Positions 1 through 11,907 of a stretch of 64,000 nucleotides of DNA are shown piece after piece; position 1 is the first letter of the stretch, and each line of letters opens with the position of its first letter. The translations under genes were made by a program, and so were the position numbers. Source of the stretch: Massalongia carnosa. Taxonomy: Eukaryota. The stretch lies in contig OZ287067.1 of assembly GCA_965645245.1 (NCBI GenBank), positions 3,410,001 to 3,474,000 on the forward strand, given 5' to 3'. The notes below the pieces were generated by a model that saw only the letters and a list, made by a program, of their open reading frames with translations, made no database searches and was not told the origin of the DNA.

Positions 1-599
1 AGCTTTTCATGGTTCATCTCATAGTCTTGATAAACCTTATATGCAAATGGAACCATCTCTTCGTTCCCCATGGAAAGCAGTCCCACTTTCCCAACCATCC
101 GGGCAAGGAAGCGTGCGGTGAAGGCGCCTCGGGAGAAACCAAAGATATAAATGCGATCCCCGGGGGTATAATAGCGCATCAAGAAACGGTAGCCGGCAAT
201 GACGTGAGAGTCGAATGTCGACCCAACACCCTGGTCTACTGTTTTGGAGATTGAGCGTTTCAATTTTCCCCACCAATTCGCATTGATGGAGGCTCCATCA
301 TTAGTGTACGTGCCAATGCCCGCTATTGACTCGGATGGTATTAGTGACAGTGTTCTAGACCTTTGGATTGCTAGGCATTATGTACGTTGGTAGTAGTGCA
401 TCTGATGAAGGTCACATCGGTCGAACATGTTGTAGAGCTTGACAATGTTCGTATCGGTGGTATTGCCAGCGAACTCGTTTCCAGTGCCATCGAAGCAAAG
501 GATGAGCCTTTTAGATATCTGCTTTGGCTGATTCCCGTCGATGCCGTGAGGATGTTCGTCTTGGTGCTTGGGGATACCATGGCCTGTCCATCCTGACAT
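1..599 (-). CDS. DUF2235 (Tle1-like) alpha/beta-hydrolase domain protein, 5' part; continues off the left edge
   Basis: Exon 1 (599-386) gives [14 protein letters not shown]...TNIVKLY...QMHYYQ. After an intron (385-323), exon 2 gives PGIGTY...[33 protein letters not shown], with the nucleophile motif GFSRG. Confidence 0.9.
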
Positions 600-2399
600 A
601 TTGGCGATTGTTTTGTGAGGGTAGAAGTGGAGATGAGCAGCTGAACGCAAAGGCTTAAACAAGCAGAATAAACGGCGATATTGGAACGAAGTGGAATGCA
701 CCCTATGAATGGTCGTCGAGATATGTAGATTGACAACTGCGAAAACCGAGGCTCTCGAACCGATCATGAGCGCAATTAACGGTACAAGGAACGAAGGAAG
801 ATATGGTGCTGTTGATATAGTTTAAATCATCGCCGAGACCTCGGAGCTGGGCTACGTTCTTGGAAGGCTATGGCTTGCGGGTGGCTGGCTGATGGCACCG
901 TATTGAGCGGAGCCGAAGCATGGTTGTGGGAATCTGAAAGGGCGGCTAACCTCGAAAGACATTGCTGATCGCGTTGATCTGCGAATTAAGATGAAGCTCA
1001 TCACCTTTCAGCTGCCTATGTCGCCTCGATTCGATATCTGTTTTTGTATCAATTGACCTATCTATCTTGTAGCACCCCTGATCGTTTAGGAAGTAGTGTC
1101 GCCAAAGGGTAATTCTAAGCAGGGTCATGGTATTCCGGAAATATTTCCCACAAGGTTTTCTGGAGGGATTAATCAAGAAACCCATTTTGGCACGCGGTCG
1201 TTCTCCTACAGTAGACTTGATGTTATACCTAAACAGGTCGACAATCTCGGTACTGCCCGTCACAAGGTCCATCTCAGTAGTTGGCACGGCGTCGGTTCAC
1301 GCCATGTATGTTGTGTTTGATGTATTTGTTGCCTCCGTTTGCCTCTTAAAGGCTGTGTGTGTATTCTGTATCCTCCAAAGCAAAGACCGGGTTTCTGTTG
1401 CAGCGACATCACTCCCTCCGTTGAAATATCCGAATCCAGCTTAAAGGGAAGGCGTGGCGTTCGAGGTAGTGAAGCGTGACGCTCGGGATGCATTAGGCAG
1501 TTTTTAGCAACATGGTAGTTTGCAGATGAGGCTTATTGATATGCAGGGGAAATCGCGAGCAGATATATTTTTCAACTAATTCGCACCTATTATTTTTCTA
1601 TACCTTCTTAAGACGCTGTATATTTCATTTCATCCATCTTTTCCTTCCCGTCTTGTACTACCACATCTCCCTAGCCCCCCTATTCTTTTCTCTTCCTTCC
1701 CCCTTTCCATCACATCTCGCTTTAAATCCCATCAAGAAAAGACGGAAGGGGGAACGAGCGGTTTCGAGACCCAGATCCCCTCCCGCATAGGGTTGCATAA
1801 TTGGACGACTTTTGTCTGCACTATCACCGACAGGTTGCCTACCTAACTTGTATGTGCTGTAACTAGCTAACTAGCGTGACGCCGCCACACGGGGAGGAAG
1901 GTGGCTAAATGGCCCTCGGACACTACTTACCTGCCTACCAACATATGTAGATAGGGAAACCCATACGAAAGGGAAGACGGAAGGAGAGGGAGAACAGAAA
2001 GGCGGAGACATTTCCCGTACTCTTTCTAGATGAATGAGCCCCTTGCTGGTCCGATCCAGGATTTATGTTACTGATTGCCTGACGTGCCTCGTAGCTAGCT
2101 GGTATTTAAACGTTTGGATCAATATTTCAGGATTACGCAAGACTCTTCACCACCACAAGGACTCTCTATGCCCTCTGGGTTACAATAGTCCTTTGCCCTT
2201 GTTTCCGCGAGTTGCAACCATCAATTAACCATTAACTTGGGTAAATTCTCAATTATATCTGCCAACCCTTATCCGCCTCACCCCAACGCGCCGCATGACG
2301 TTGGCCAATGTTTCACTCCCAGTCGCACCTGCTTCCTGTCCCTGCCACTTGGCCTTGCTTCTTTCACAGAATGTTAGACTCCGATAGCCGTGCTTCCAA

Positions 2400-3019
2400 G
2401 CCCAAGGATGATGGTATGGTAACCATCAAAATTGGTTGAACGCCGAGCATCCAGGTTCAACCAACAAATTCCGAGCAACAATGCTGGAAGATCTTGCAGC
2501 AGCGATTGTATAGATGCATGACTCTACTTTCGACTGAAGTGTTTCTCCAAGCTTCAACGCTAAGGGCGACATTGTAAGCCTTGGAGCAGCCAAAGAAAGG
2601 TATTGACATATTTTGAATCATGGGATAGAGAGAGAAGGTTGATTAAGCTACATTCTTCTTCTTCTTGAGCAATCCTTTCTCGGATCGAACGGATTGCTTT
2701 CTCTCTATAACAAAGCGACATGAAAAGTTAAATCAGAAACTTCATCGAGGGATCCAATAGCTCTTTATTCAATTGGCTCCTTTCGAGGAGTATGACTATG
2801 GTGCTAAGTTCATTCCTGCAAATCCCAGTTTGGAGCTCCAAAATAGATTGGTCACGCATTTTGGTAACATACATGGTATTATCGATTGGGATGGAGTTGC
2901 TGCAGTTCTCGCAACGTCACTCTGGCAGATCCACGATTATAACCCGTACCAGTATCCTCCAATCTCCACTGACTGACTATTATGCTAAAGGTGAGTTGCA
3001 CCCTGAACCACCAAGGTAG
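2400..3019 (+). pseudogene. Degenerate fungal APH/choline-kinase-like phosphotransferase
   Basis: FIPANPSLELQNRLVTHFGNIHGIIDWDGVAAV resembles the H-x-D-L-x-x-x-N...GIIDWD phosphotransferase motif with the catalytic residues eroded. The upstream frame FRATMLEDLAAAIV*MHDSTFD* contains stops. Confidence 0.6.
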
Positions 3020-3545
3020 TTGGTCAGGTCGAGTCTTCTTATCTGCTCGAAATGACAAGACGGAGTTTCCCTTTATGTGACTGGCATTCACACCACCAAA
3101 GCAGGTAGATAACTACCTACCTACTTCTCTTGTCCGTTGCTTTTGCAACCCTACAGACAGTAGATCATGATGCGGCAAGCGGTCATGATGGATGGTTTGT
3201 TGCCAGCGGGAGCGGCATGGAACTAGAAGGGCTTTGCTTGCTTACTACCTACACGTTCAGTAAACTTATATCCGTCGTCATCGTGACCTTTGTGGGTGCT
3301 CCCGAGTTCCTAACATCAACGTATTCCCATCCACCTATCTGTAAACCTACCGTGGCACCTACTATACCAGTCCTAGCTTCACGTGCGTGGCCATATTGCC
3401 GGAAAGTTGGCTGTATGGGGGGTCTCATTGTATTGCTCTCGGTAGAAGATGTATACCGCAATAAACGCGCATGGTGCCTGTGATCCGTGTCTCCGCGAGA
3501 CCTCGGAACGAAATTTCCCTTGATGTTAGTTATGACTTTTCTACT

Positions 3546-4317
3546 CTAGAGTGGCGGCGTCAAAGTCGAAGCAGCAGTAGCAGCAGCAGGATCCGGACTC
3601 CTTTCATTCCCATCCAGACGCCCTAAATGTCTCGCATGATCGTCGCAGAATCGCGCCATGTGCGTGTCTTTCGCCGAGAGGCCTTGAGGCACGTGGGTCG
3701 TCCAGCGGTAATACACCGATCTATGATTCTGAACCAGATGGGGAATAAGTAGGCACTCCTCCACCCAACCAACTCATCATTCAACCAAGGAAGAGAGGCG
3801 CAACTAAGCGTACATTTCGTAATTCCGGATGATGGTTCTTCAGTTTGCATTCCACCCCCACCAGAAGGATGAAGTCCTTTGTGCGCGAGTGTTATGTTAG
3901 GTAAAGTAACTTACCAAGCAGACAGGCTCTCCATGGTGATGTTGGGTGGGGGGTGAGACTGCCTTAGTTACATACCAGAGCTTTGGCGTACGTCGGAAAC
4001 ACAAAGGTCTTCTGAACCCCCATCCGCTCCTCGTCCAGCGTCCACTGGCATTGTAGCAATGCGGTCGCTTCGTTTGCTAGTTGCACTTCGTCCGCTCCGG
4101 GCGAAAAGCGCGGCTGTAGAGGGGTTATGGGGGAAGGGCGGGGTGCCTGCGGGGTGGGAGGGTTTGAAGCCTGCTGGGACGGCGGCATGGCTGACATATT
4201 GATGAGATGTTTTGCTTGGGACGATGATGGCGTGGGGATAGCAAGGCGACGGTTTGTTAGATAAAGTGCTCGGGTTATCAAGGATCCATAGAGAGGCATG
4301 ACCCCGCGATACCCCAT
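3546..4317 (-). CDS. Pterin-4-alpha-carbinolamine dehydratase (PCD), 3 exons, possible mitochondrial presequence
   Basis: Spliced product W-TLDEERMGVQKTFVFPTYAKAL|DFILLVGVECKLKNHHPELRN|NHRSVYYRWTTHVPQGLSAKDTHMARFCD carries the HHP and TTH..GLS..D PCD motifs. The start could be 4317, 4299 or 4197. Confidence 0.85.
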
Positions 4318-4332
4318 ACCTTAGGTGGTTAT

Positions 4333-4462
4333 GTACTCCGTACTCCGTACTCTGTACTCTGTACTCTGTACTCTGTACTCTGTACTCTGTACTCTGTACT
4401 CTGTACTCTGTACTCTGTACTCTGTACTCTGTACTCTGTACTCGGTAGTCTGTAGTCTGTAC
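4333..4462. repeat. 7-bp tandem repeat (GTACTCT/GTACTCC)n, about 18 copies including degenerate ones
   Basis: Directly visible; it produces the spurious (STEYRVQ)n ORF. Confidence 0.95.
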
Positions 4463-4761
4463 TTTATACAGAGTATATCCCTCCAATGAATATTTTTCGT
4501 TATCGAGCTTGGGCCAACCCTAAACGGGTGGGCGGGGAGTTAGACTACGCAGTACAGAGTACTCGTACCGAGCTGCAAGCCCTTTGTGCTCTGCACAAGT
4601 CATGGTGACGGCAATGGCTCGGGCATAAACTAACGTTGCAAAAGGTTTATGTTGTGAGCAAAAGATTCATGGTCTTTTCAATCTGTTGAGTTTTGTTATT
4701 TTGATTGTTCGGTTTTTTTTGATTGTGAGAATTTTAAATTGAAAGTCAAGCCCGATCACAC

Positions 4762-4788
4762 ACGCGTACGCGTCTTCCTTTGACGCGT
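4762..4788. promoter_or_regulatory. Three MluI cell-cycle boxes (ACGCGT) upstream of MCM5
   Basis: ACGCGT occurs at 4762-4767, 4768-4773 and 4783-4788, 113-139 bp upstream of the MCM5 ATG. MCB elements are established MBF sites in fungal G1/S genes. Confidence 0.75.
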
Positions 4789-4900
4789 TTCCTCTCCGCC
4801 GCTACTCTGTAAAGAAGCTGTGTTTGACAGCTGCTGTTGTTAAATCCGCTCTCTTCATTACCCCAGACCTTTCATTTCACCGTTTACAGTTACATCAGCC

Positions 4901-7241
4901 ATGGATCGACAGCCAGCGTATTCATTGAGCGTGCTTGCTCCGGATCCGGACGCAAGTGAAGACTCCCGAAGTCAGATTCAGAACCAGCTGCGCGATTTCA
5001 TTCTCGAGTTTCGCCTCGATAATGCCTTCATATATCGGTATGATATCCGCCGTGAAGCTTCTGGAAGCCCTACTGAGTTCAACACAGTGACCAGATTCGA
5101 GAAAACGTGCTCGTAAAGCAATACTATTGCGATGTTGACATTGCACACTTAATTTCGTATAATGAGGAACTGGCACATAAGCTCACCACACAGCCAGCCG
5201 ACATTATTCCTTTGGTGGGTTTCTGGAGTCGGATACCCTACAAGATGCTAACAAGCTGCAGTTTGAAGTAGCCCTCAAGCAATGCACCAATCGCATCGTC
5301 TACCCCTCGCAAAAAGCGGCGGCCCTAAACCTCCCAGAACATCAGCTGCTTCTCCACTCCTCGGTCTCTCAGATCTCAATTCGGGACCTTGATGCGACAA
5401 ACATCTCTCATTTAGTGCGGATTCCTGGAATCGTGATCGGCGCATCGACTCTCTCATCGAAAGCTACCACTCTCTACATTCAATGCCGGAATTGCCAACA
5501 CTCGGAAGTACTCCCTATCTCCGGGGGGATTTCAGGCGTGACGCTTCCCCGGGTATGTTCGCGCAAAAAAACCGAGGGAGAGTCGGCGGACAACTGTCCT
5601 CTTGATCCATATTTTGTGGTCCATGAGAAATGCCAGTTTATCGATCAGCAAATCCTGAAATTGCAAGAAGCACCTGATCAGGTACCGGTTGGCGAATTGC
5701 CCAGGCACATCAAAATTTCGGCGGATCGATATCTGACCAACCGAGTGGTCCCGGGTTCGAGATGTACCCTCATGGGCGTTTTCTCAATATATCAGAACAA
5801 GGAATCGAAAGGTTCGGGGAACTCGGCGGTTGCCATTCGAACTCCATATGTTCGCGCCGTTGGAATTACGAGCGATGTAGATCACACCGCCAAGGGAAAT
5901 GCCATATTCTCGGAAGAGGAGGAGCAAGAGTTTCTGGAGATGAGCAGGAGACCTGATTTATATGAGGTGTTTGCCAGATGTGTCGCCCCTTCAATCTACG
6001 GCAACCAGGATATCAAAAAGGCAATAGCATGTCTGCTGTTCGGGGGATCGAAGAAAATCTTACCGGATGGTATGAAGCTTCGTGGCGACATTAATGTTCT
6101 GCTGCTGGGTGATCCTGGCACAGCGAAATCACAGCTGCTAAAATTTGTGGAGAAAGTGGCGCCTATTGCCATTTACACCTCCGGCAAAGGATCCTCGGCA
6201 GCTGGCTTAACGGCTTCGGTGCAACGAGACACCAGCACGCGAGAATTCTATCTCGAAGGGGGGGCAATGGTGCTTGCTGATGGCGGGGTGGTCTGTATCG
6301 ATGAGTTTGACAAGATGCGCGACGAAGACCGCGTCGCCATCCACGAAGCCATGGAACAGCAAACCATCTCCATCGCCAAAGCTGGGATCACGACTATCCT
6401 CAATGCCAGGACATCTGTCCTCGCAGCTGCAAATCCTATCTTTGGCCGCTACGACGACCTCAAAACCCCGGGCGAGAACATTGATTTCCAGACCACGATT
6501 CTTTCTCGATTCGACATGATCTTCATTGTGCGCGATGAGCACGAAAAGGGACGAGACGAGCGAATCGCAAGACACGTCATGGGCATTCAAATGGGAGGGC
6601 GCGGTTTGGAGGAGCAAAGCGAGGCAGAGATACCGGTTGAGAAAATGAAACGGTACATCAGTTATTGCAAATCGTAAGTCGCCGTTTCCTCTTGGCGGAC
6701 GGAGGATCATATGACCATGCCGTTCGCATTCTAATAAAGATCATGCAGCCGCTGTGCACCCCGCCTTTCCGCCGAAGCGGCCGAAAAACTCTCGTCCCAC
6801 TTCGTTTCCATCCGCCGCCAAATCCACTCCGCCGAAATTTCCGCCAACGCCCGCTCCTCGATCCCCATCACTATCCGCCAACTCGAAGCCATCATCCGTA
6901 TCTCGGAATCCCTTGCCAAACTCTCCCTCTCGCCCATCGCCACCGAAGCCCACGTCGACGAGGCCATCCGCCTCTTCCTGGCCAGCACCATGGACGCCGT
7001 GACGCAAGGCGAGGGCCAGGGCAATAAAGAGCTGATGGGTGAGGTGGCGAAGGTGGAGGAGGAATTGAGAAGGAGGCTGCCGGTCGGGTGGAGCACGAGT
7101 TTGGGGACGTTGCGAAGGGAGTTTGTCGAAGGGAGGGGATATTCCGAGCAGGCGCTCAACCGGGCGTTGGTGGTGCTGCAGAGGCGGGAGACGGTGCAGT
7201 TGCGGGCGGGGGGAGGGCAGGTTTATCGGAGTGGGATATGA
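4901..7241 (+). CDS. MCM5: DNA replication licensing factor MCM5, multi-exon
   Basis: N-terminus ...[14 protein letters not shown], zinc finger CRNC...C...C, Walker [17 protein letters not shown] and arginine finger SRFD. Also [21 protein letters not shown] and a C-terminal winged helix RRLPVGWST. Confidence 0.97.
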
Positions 7242-7547
7242 ATCTTACGAGGGATCATGGGCAGCTAGGAGTTGGAGGGGTACAGTTGGGCATTTTCAAC
7301 TGTACAGTACGGGGTACGAATTGTTCCTGGCAAGGAACAGAACGCCATGACGATGACGCAGGAAACGGCCCGAGCTGGGCCGGCCCCAAACGGAGTTCGT
7401 TACGTGCTCTAGTTGGCTATTTATTTCATACGCATGACAACCGTTTCACTCCCGCTCGCCCTCCCCCCCGCCTTGCCCTTTCTATCATCCACCTAACCAC
7501 CAACCACCAACCCCCTTCCTTCCCTACATCAGACAGATAATCAAAGC

Positions 7548-8438
7548 ATGCTCATCATCGGACTCACCGGTTCGATTGCGACGGGGAAATCCACCGTCGC
7601 CGCGCTCCTCTCCTCCCCGCCACACAACCTCCCCCTCATCGACGCCGACCTTCTCGCCCGCGACGCCGTCCGGCCCGGCACCCGCGCCTACCAGGCCATC
7701 GTCGACTATTTCGGTCCCTCGACGCCCGATCTCCTGCTCCCCCCAGATTCTTCTCCCTCAACTTCTCCCTCCACCATCACCACCACCACCACCACCCCCC
7801 CACATTCTCACCCCCGCCCCCCCCGGCCACTCAACCGCCCCGCCCTCGGCCGCCGCGTCTTCGGCCCCTCCCCCACCACCACGCGCGACCGCCACGTCCT
7901 AAACGCAATCGTGCACCCGCGCGTGCGGCTCCTCCTCCTGCGCGCCCTGCTCGCGCACCACCTCCGCGGCGCCCCCGCCGTAGTCGTCGACGTCCCGCTC
8001 CTATTCGAGAGCCGGCTGGACCTGTTCTGCGGTGCCGTCGTGGTGGTGGCGGTGCGCGACCCGCGCCTGCAGATGGCGCGGCTGCGCGCGCGCGATCCGG
8101 AGCTGGGCGAGGACGGGGCGAGGCGTAGAGTCGAGAGTCAGATGCCCGGCGGGGAGAAGGTCGGGAGGTGTTTGGAGCGGAATTGCGGGTGGGGGTTAGG
8201 GGTAGGGGGTGGGGGCGGGTGGGTGGTGTGGAATGATGGGGATAGGGCCGAGTTAGCGCGGGAGGTGGACGACGTGGTGGCGGGATTGGGGCGGTGGGCG
8301 GGCGGGAGGGTCTGGGCGTGGTGGTTATGGGTGAGCCCGCTTGTGGCGGTGGCGTGCGCGCTTTGGGCTGTGCTCGGGGCGTGGAGGGCGAGGAGGCGGT
8401 GGGAGGACAGGGAGAGCCGGAGGGAGAAGGCGTTGTGA
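7548..8438 (+). CDS. CAB5: Dephospho-CoA kinase (CoaE family) with C-terminal membrane anchor
   Basis: MLIIGLTGSIATGKST P-loop, IDADLLAR, LNRPALG, LNAIVHP and VVVDVPLLFE; hydrophobic C-terminal segment. Confidence 0.93.
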   Translation: MLIIGLTGSIATGKSTVAALLSSPPHNLPLIDADLLARDAVRPGTRAYQAIVDYFGPSTPDLLLPPDSSPSTSPSTITTTTTTPPHSHPRPPRPLNRPALGRRVFGPSPTTTRDRHVLNAIVHPRVRLLLLRALLAHHLRGAPAVVVDVPLLFESRLDLFCGAVVVVAVRDPRLQMARLRARDPELGEDGARRRVESQMPGGEKVGRCLERNCGWGLGVGGGGGWVVWNDGDRAELAREVDDVVAGLGRWAGGRVWAWWLWVSPLVAVACALWAVLGAWRARRRWEDRESRREKAL

Positions 8439-8648
8439 GTTTTTGTTTTATGGAATGGGGAAGTGTAGGATAGGATAGGATAGGATTAAATAGGGCGATC
8501 ATTCAAGTTTCCCTGGGAAGGAGGAAAGCAAAAGGAAAGAGAAAGGGGGTTGGGTAAGATATGTAATGAGGATTTTTCTATTCCGAAGTCGCTGCGCGTT
8601 TGCTGGAGGCAACAGCTTCACGGATGGTGGAACCAATGTTTCATTCAT

Positions 8649-9763
8649 TCAAACTCCGTTCTCCATCCCACCCCCCGCTTTCTCCTTGATTTCTTGCTCT
8701 TCCTGGTGAGAATCGCCGTTTCCATTCTTCACCTCGGCATTCCCTACCCTCTCATCCTTGGCTCCACCAGCCAGCACCCTCACGCCCCCCGCACCCGCTG
8801 CAGAAACCGTCGTGGTTGACCCTTGCTCGGTTCCAGGCGTCGTCGCGCTCACGTTCCCCTCCTCGTCCACGAACTCGAAGTTATAGCGCGACAGTAAGTG
8901 CGGAATAGCGGAGAGCTGCGGGCCGTACCGGGCGGTGTTGTCATAGAGCTCGAAGAGTGGGACAGCGAGGAGTTTCATGTTCTTGGGGACGCTAAGGACT
9001 TCTGCGGTGGACACAAAATGTATCAACAGATTGAAGCATTTTGTGGACCCACATGTAGACATCGGATATGAGGTTCGGGGAAGAGAGGAGTGCGTACTGC
9101 TTTTGGGTAATTGAATAAAATACAGCTTCTTGCACTCCTTCGGCCGCGTCACATGCGCCGGCAGGAACGGATACATGAAGGTTTCAAAGTTCGGCCTCCA
9201 CCATTGCGCTAGCGTGTCGCCAATCTGCCACTCGTCGTTGACGGCGTCGCCGGAGAATTGGTTGCCGACAGGCGCGAGCCGTTCGTTGAGACGGAGTTTA
9301 AAGCCTTCGATCTCATCGTCTTCCGCTTGAAGATAATCGCCCGGTCTATGTATTTGCGCAAGGGTTTCGTTTAGCCATGCGCATCAATGAACTCGACTTT
9401 GAGGGGGGGAATTACAATTTGAAAAAGGCATTGGCGATTTGCAGCATCAGGATGTGCGGGTGGTTGTGTTCATGGCAGACCAAAATACCCTCACACGTCC
9501 GCCGCATACCATGTTGCTCATAATGCTCCTCTAATCTTTTCAGTCGCGCAAGCACCGAGGGGTCCTCTTCCGGTTGGTTTTCCTTGGTACCGAAGGTATA
9601 GTTGCTAAGGGGGTAGAGGCGGATGGTTTTCGGTTGGTTGGCGGAGAAGGCTTTGGGGAGGACTGGGCTGAGCAAGATTAGGATGGAGAAGCAGGAAGAT
9701 TGAGCGGCAGGAGCAGGCATACGGGTATGAAGTTTGCAACGAAGTAGCCGTGATGGTCGACAT
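8649..9763 (-). CDS. NUDT21: Cleavage factor Im 25 kDa subunit (CPSF5/CFIm25), 4 exons
   Basis: LYPLSNYTFGTKE, GMRRTCEGILVCHEHNHPHILMLQIANAFFKL|PG, WWRPNFETFMYPFLPAHVTRPKECKKL and KLLAVPLFELYDNTARYGPQLSAIP; ATG at 9763. Confidence 0.95.
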
Positions 9764-10553
9764 GATGGGTTTTGCGCCCTGAAGGATTGAGCTTCTGGGC
9801 GGTCAATGGAGGGACTCGCAGTACTTTCAGGGAGTTGTATGTTTAATCATCCAACTTTGAGAAGATAGTAGAATAAGCAAGGTGAGAAGGTGATATGCGC
9901 TTCTTCGTCAATACTTTGTGCTGGTTGAAGCTATTGCCGTGAGTTAAGTGAAAAATTACATGTTTATGCTCTAGCGGTATTTATCATTTGCATAGAAAAC
10001 CATCACGTGCCACGTCTAAGTGAGCGTTGATGAAATTCCTGACTAGCTTTCCTTCATTTTTTCCCTTAAATTTTCTTCAATCTTAGAAAGTCGACACATC
10101 GATTTGAGAGATACTCATAAACAACAAAACTCGTTAAGTTCGCACAACCCTTTCCTGTTGCTTCTCTGCAGCTGCGGTTACGTTATGGAAGTACCACAAA
10201 CGTCCGAATCTACACCCGGCTGGACTGGAGGCGGGAGTGGAACAATGTGTCACTGCGTGCTTCGGATTCCGATGAGATCGATTCTTATACTTTATACTTC
10301 TCATCTAGCTATGTTTCAACCTATCCCGTTGCATTTCAGCGATCATGTGGAGAATATCAAGTCCACCTGAGTAATATCTTCATACAAACAAATCTCGTAA
10401 ACATGTCCGAATGAATATTGAGGCTTTTCTGGGAGATCAGACATTGGCATCATCAGACGGAACGTTTTCCGTCCCGTAGAATAGTCTTCTATAAATGCAT
10501 TGCCTTGCAAGATGAGAAGTTTGCATTTGTTTGGATTTTTCTATGGTTCCAAG

Positions 10554-11907
10554 ATGTACGGATTTCAGCGGCAAAAATCAAGGCTTCTCTTGTGTACATT
10601 AATAGTGGCTTCGAAGTTGGTTGCTTCAACGCCCGTTACTTCTCACCAGTTGAAGCCGCGTACCAAGGACGGTGACAGTTGCAATTATGGAGGCGTACGC
10701 GGTCTTCCCGTTGTGGCATAGATGTCACCGCGCTGATGTTGATCAGTATCCTGGGCACTGGAAAGCTCCAGGCCTTTGTCAAAAGGGTGTAACAATTGAT
10801 AGCAGTTATCCTGAAAGTAAAGCTCTCGCTTATGACTCAAAAACTGTCTTTGAATCTGTGCTTTGGGAATTTGGCTGATGAGGTCCTGTCACGCAAGATA
10901 ACCCTCACTCAACCAGCCAACTTCGTTGCTGTATTTATATCCCATGCCAGGAGCCTTGGACCAGCTACCCATATGATAAATCATTTTTTACAAACAAAGA
11001 AAAATGTCTTTCGCCTGGCATTTGGCGCTCGTTCGTGGCCTCGTTTCTTATTTGGTCATTGTGGTTGGAGTATAGCTAACGCTGATCGCCAGCACGTCAA
11101 ATCAGCGATTTGGCGGGAACGGAGTTGGATGCTGCGTGATCAACTCTGATCAAAGTATCAAAAGGGGCGACACGTGCCAGCTTTCAACAAGCCTCCTATT
11201 GCCACAGCCAAACACTGAGGGCCGGGATGATGCATCGCATTTTGGAACTTGGGAAGATACTGACATAAGCTGTAAGAACGGTATAGCCATCCCCAAGTTA
11301 TACGCCAATGGTTCGTATTGTTTTCCTATTACTTCACCTCCTAGAGATCTTTAAAATATCTCGGACAATTTTGATTATGTAATAGGTGACGAGAGAAATC
11401 CATTGCGATGTTGCATTCTTCAAGAATGCCATCTTCCATATGGAGAACCGAACATTTACGACTATTCCTTTTGCACCAGTAAGGGGAATTGCCGTCGCGA
11501 TAGGTTGTTCCCGTGCGTGAAGCCTGATCTCTTGTCCTTGTCAAGCAAAAAATAGCTAACACGAACTGTGCAGCGGACATGGCTGTTTGGAGTTTCAAGA
11601 CGTTGGATGCTGCGGAGTCGTCCGAAGTAGCTCTTCCATTGATGTAAATCCGCCATATGACGACAAGATCGCCCTTGGTGTAGACGGGTTTTCTGCTGGG
11701 GGAGAAGTCCCTCTTGCAGGACAAGAACCATCCACGCAGCCACTTGCTTTGAGCCAAGGATCAACCGTCCAACCAGACTTCTCGGCACAAGGCTTTTTCG
11801 CCTCAGATGCTTTCACAGCGCAAGCCATCGACCCTACGCTAGATACTGCCTTCGCGCAGGAAAAATCCGATGTTGGTGCTGTTCCGAGTTATGGACCTTT
11901 TGTATAA
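10554..11907 (+). CDS. Secreted cysteine-rich protein (about 340 aa) with two tandem Cys-rich modules and an acidic low-complexity tail; 6 exons
   Basis: Exons 10554-10694, 10747-10816, 10898-11030, 11093-11310, 11386-11512 and 11574-11907 join in frame with no stops via GT-AG introns. The N-terminus is signal-peptide-like (RLLLCTLIVASKLVAS). The repeat is GD[ST]C...G.W....C..G..I...Y...LRCCI...C..P...YD.SF.T.K..C...VGCC. Confidence 0.75.

Noticed and set aside
946..1493. Protein-like minus-strand frame (AGFGYFNGGSD...IVDLFRYNIK) with stops
   Set aside because: It may be a gene relic, but I could not recognise any family motif.
4333..4462. Repeat arrays here and at 19771-19899 and 62322-62506 as possible CRISPR arrays
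   Set aside because: They are head-to-tail repeats without unique spacers, there are no cas genes, and the context is eukaryotic.
3968..4486. 172-aa ORF with (STEYRVQ)n repeats
   Set aside because: It is a translation artefact of the 7-bp tandem repeat and overlaps the PCD gene in another frame.
6207..8502. Several overlapping or antisense Pro/Arg-rich ORFs
   Set aside because: They are shadow frames of the GC-rich MCM5 and CAB5 coding sequence.
11280..11330. Minus-strand YEPLAY-TWG resembling a HET-domain start
   Set aside because: It needs a frameshift, no downstream WIDALCINQ motif follows, and the plus-strand spliced gene explains the region.
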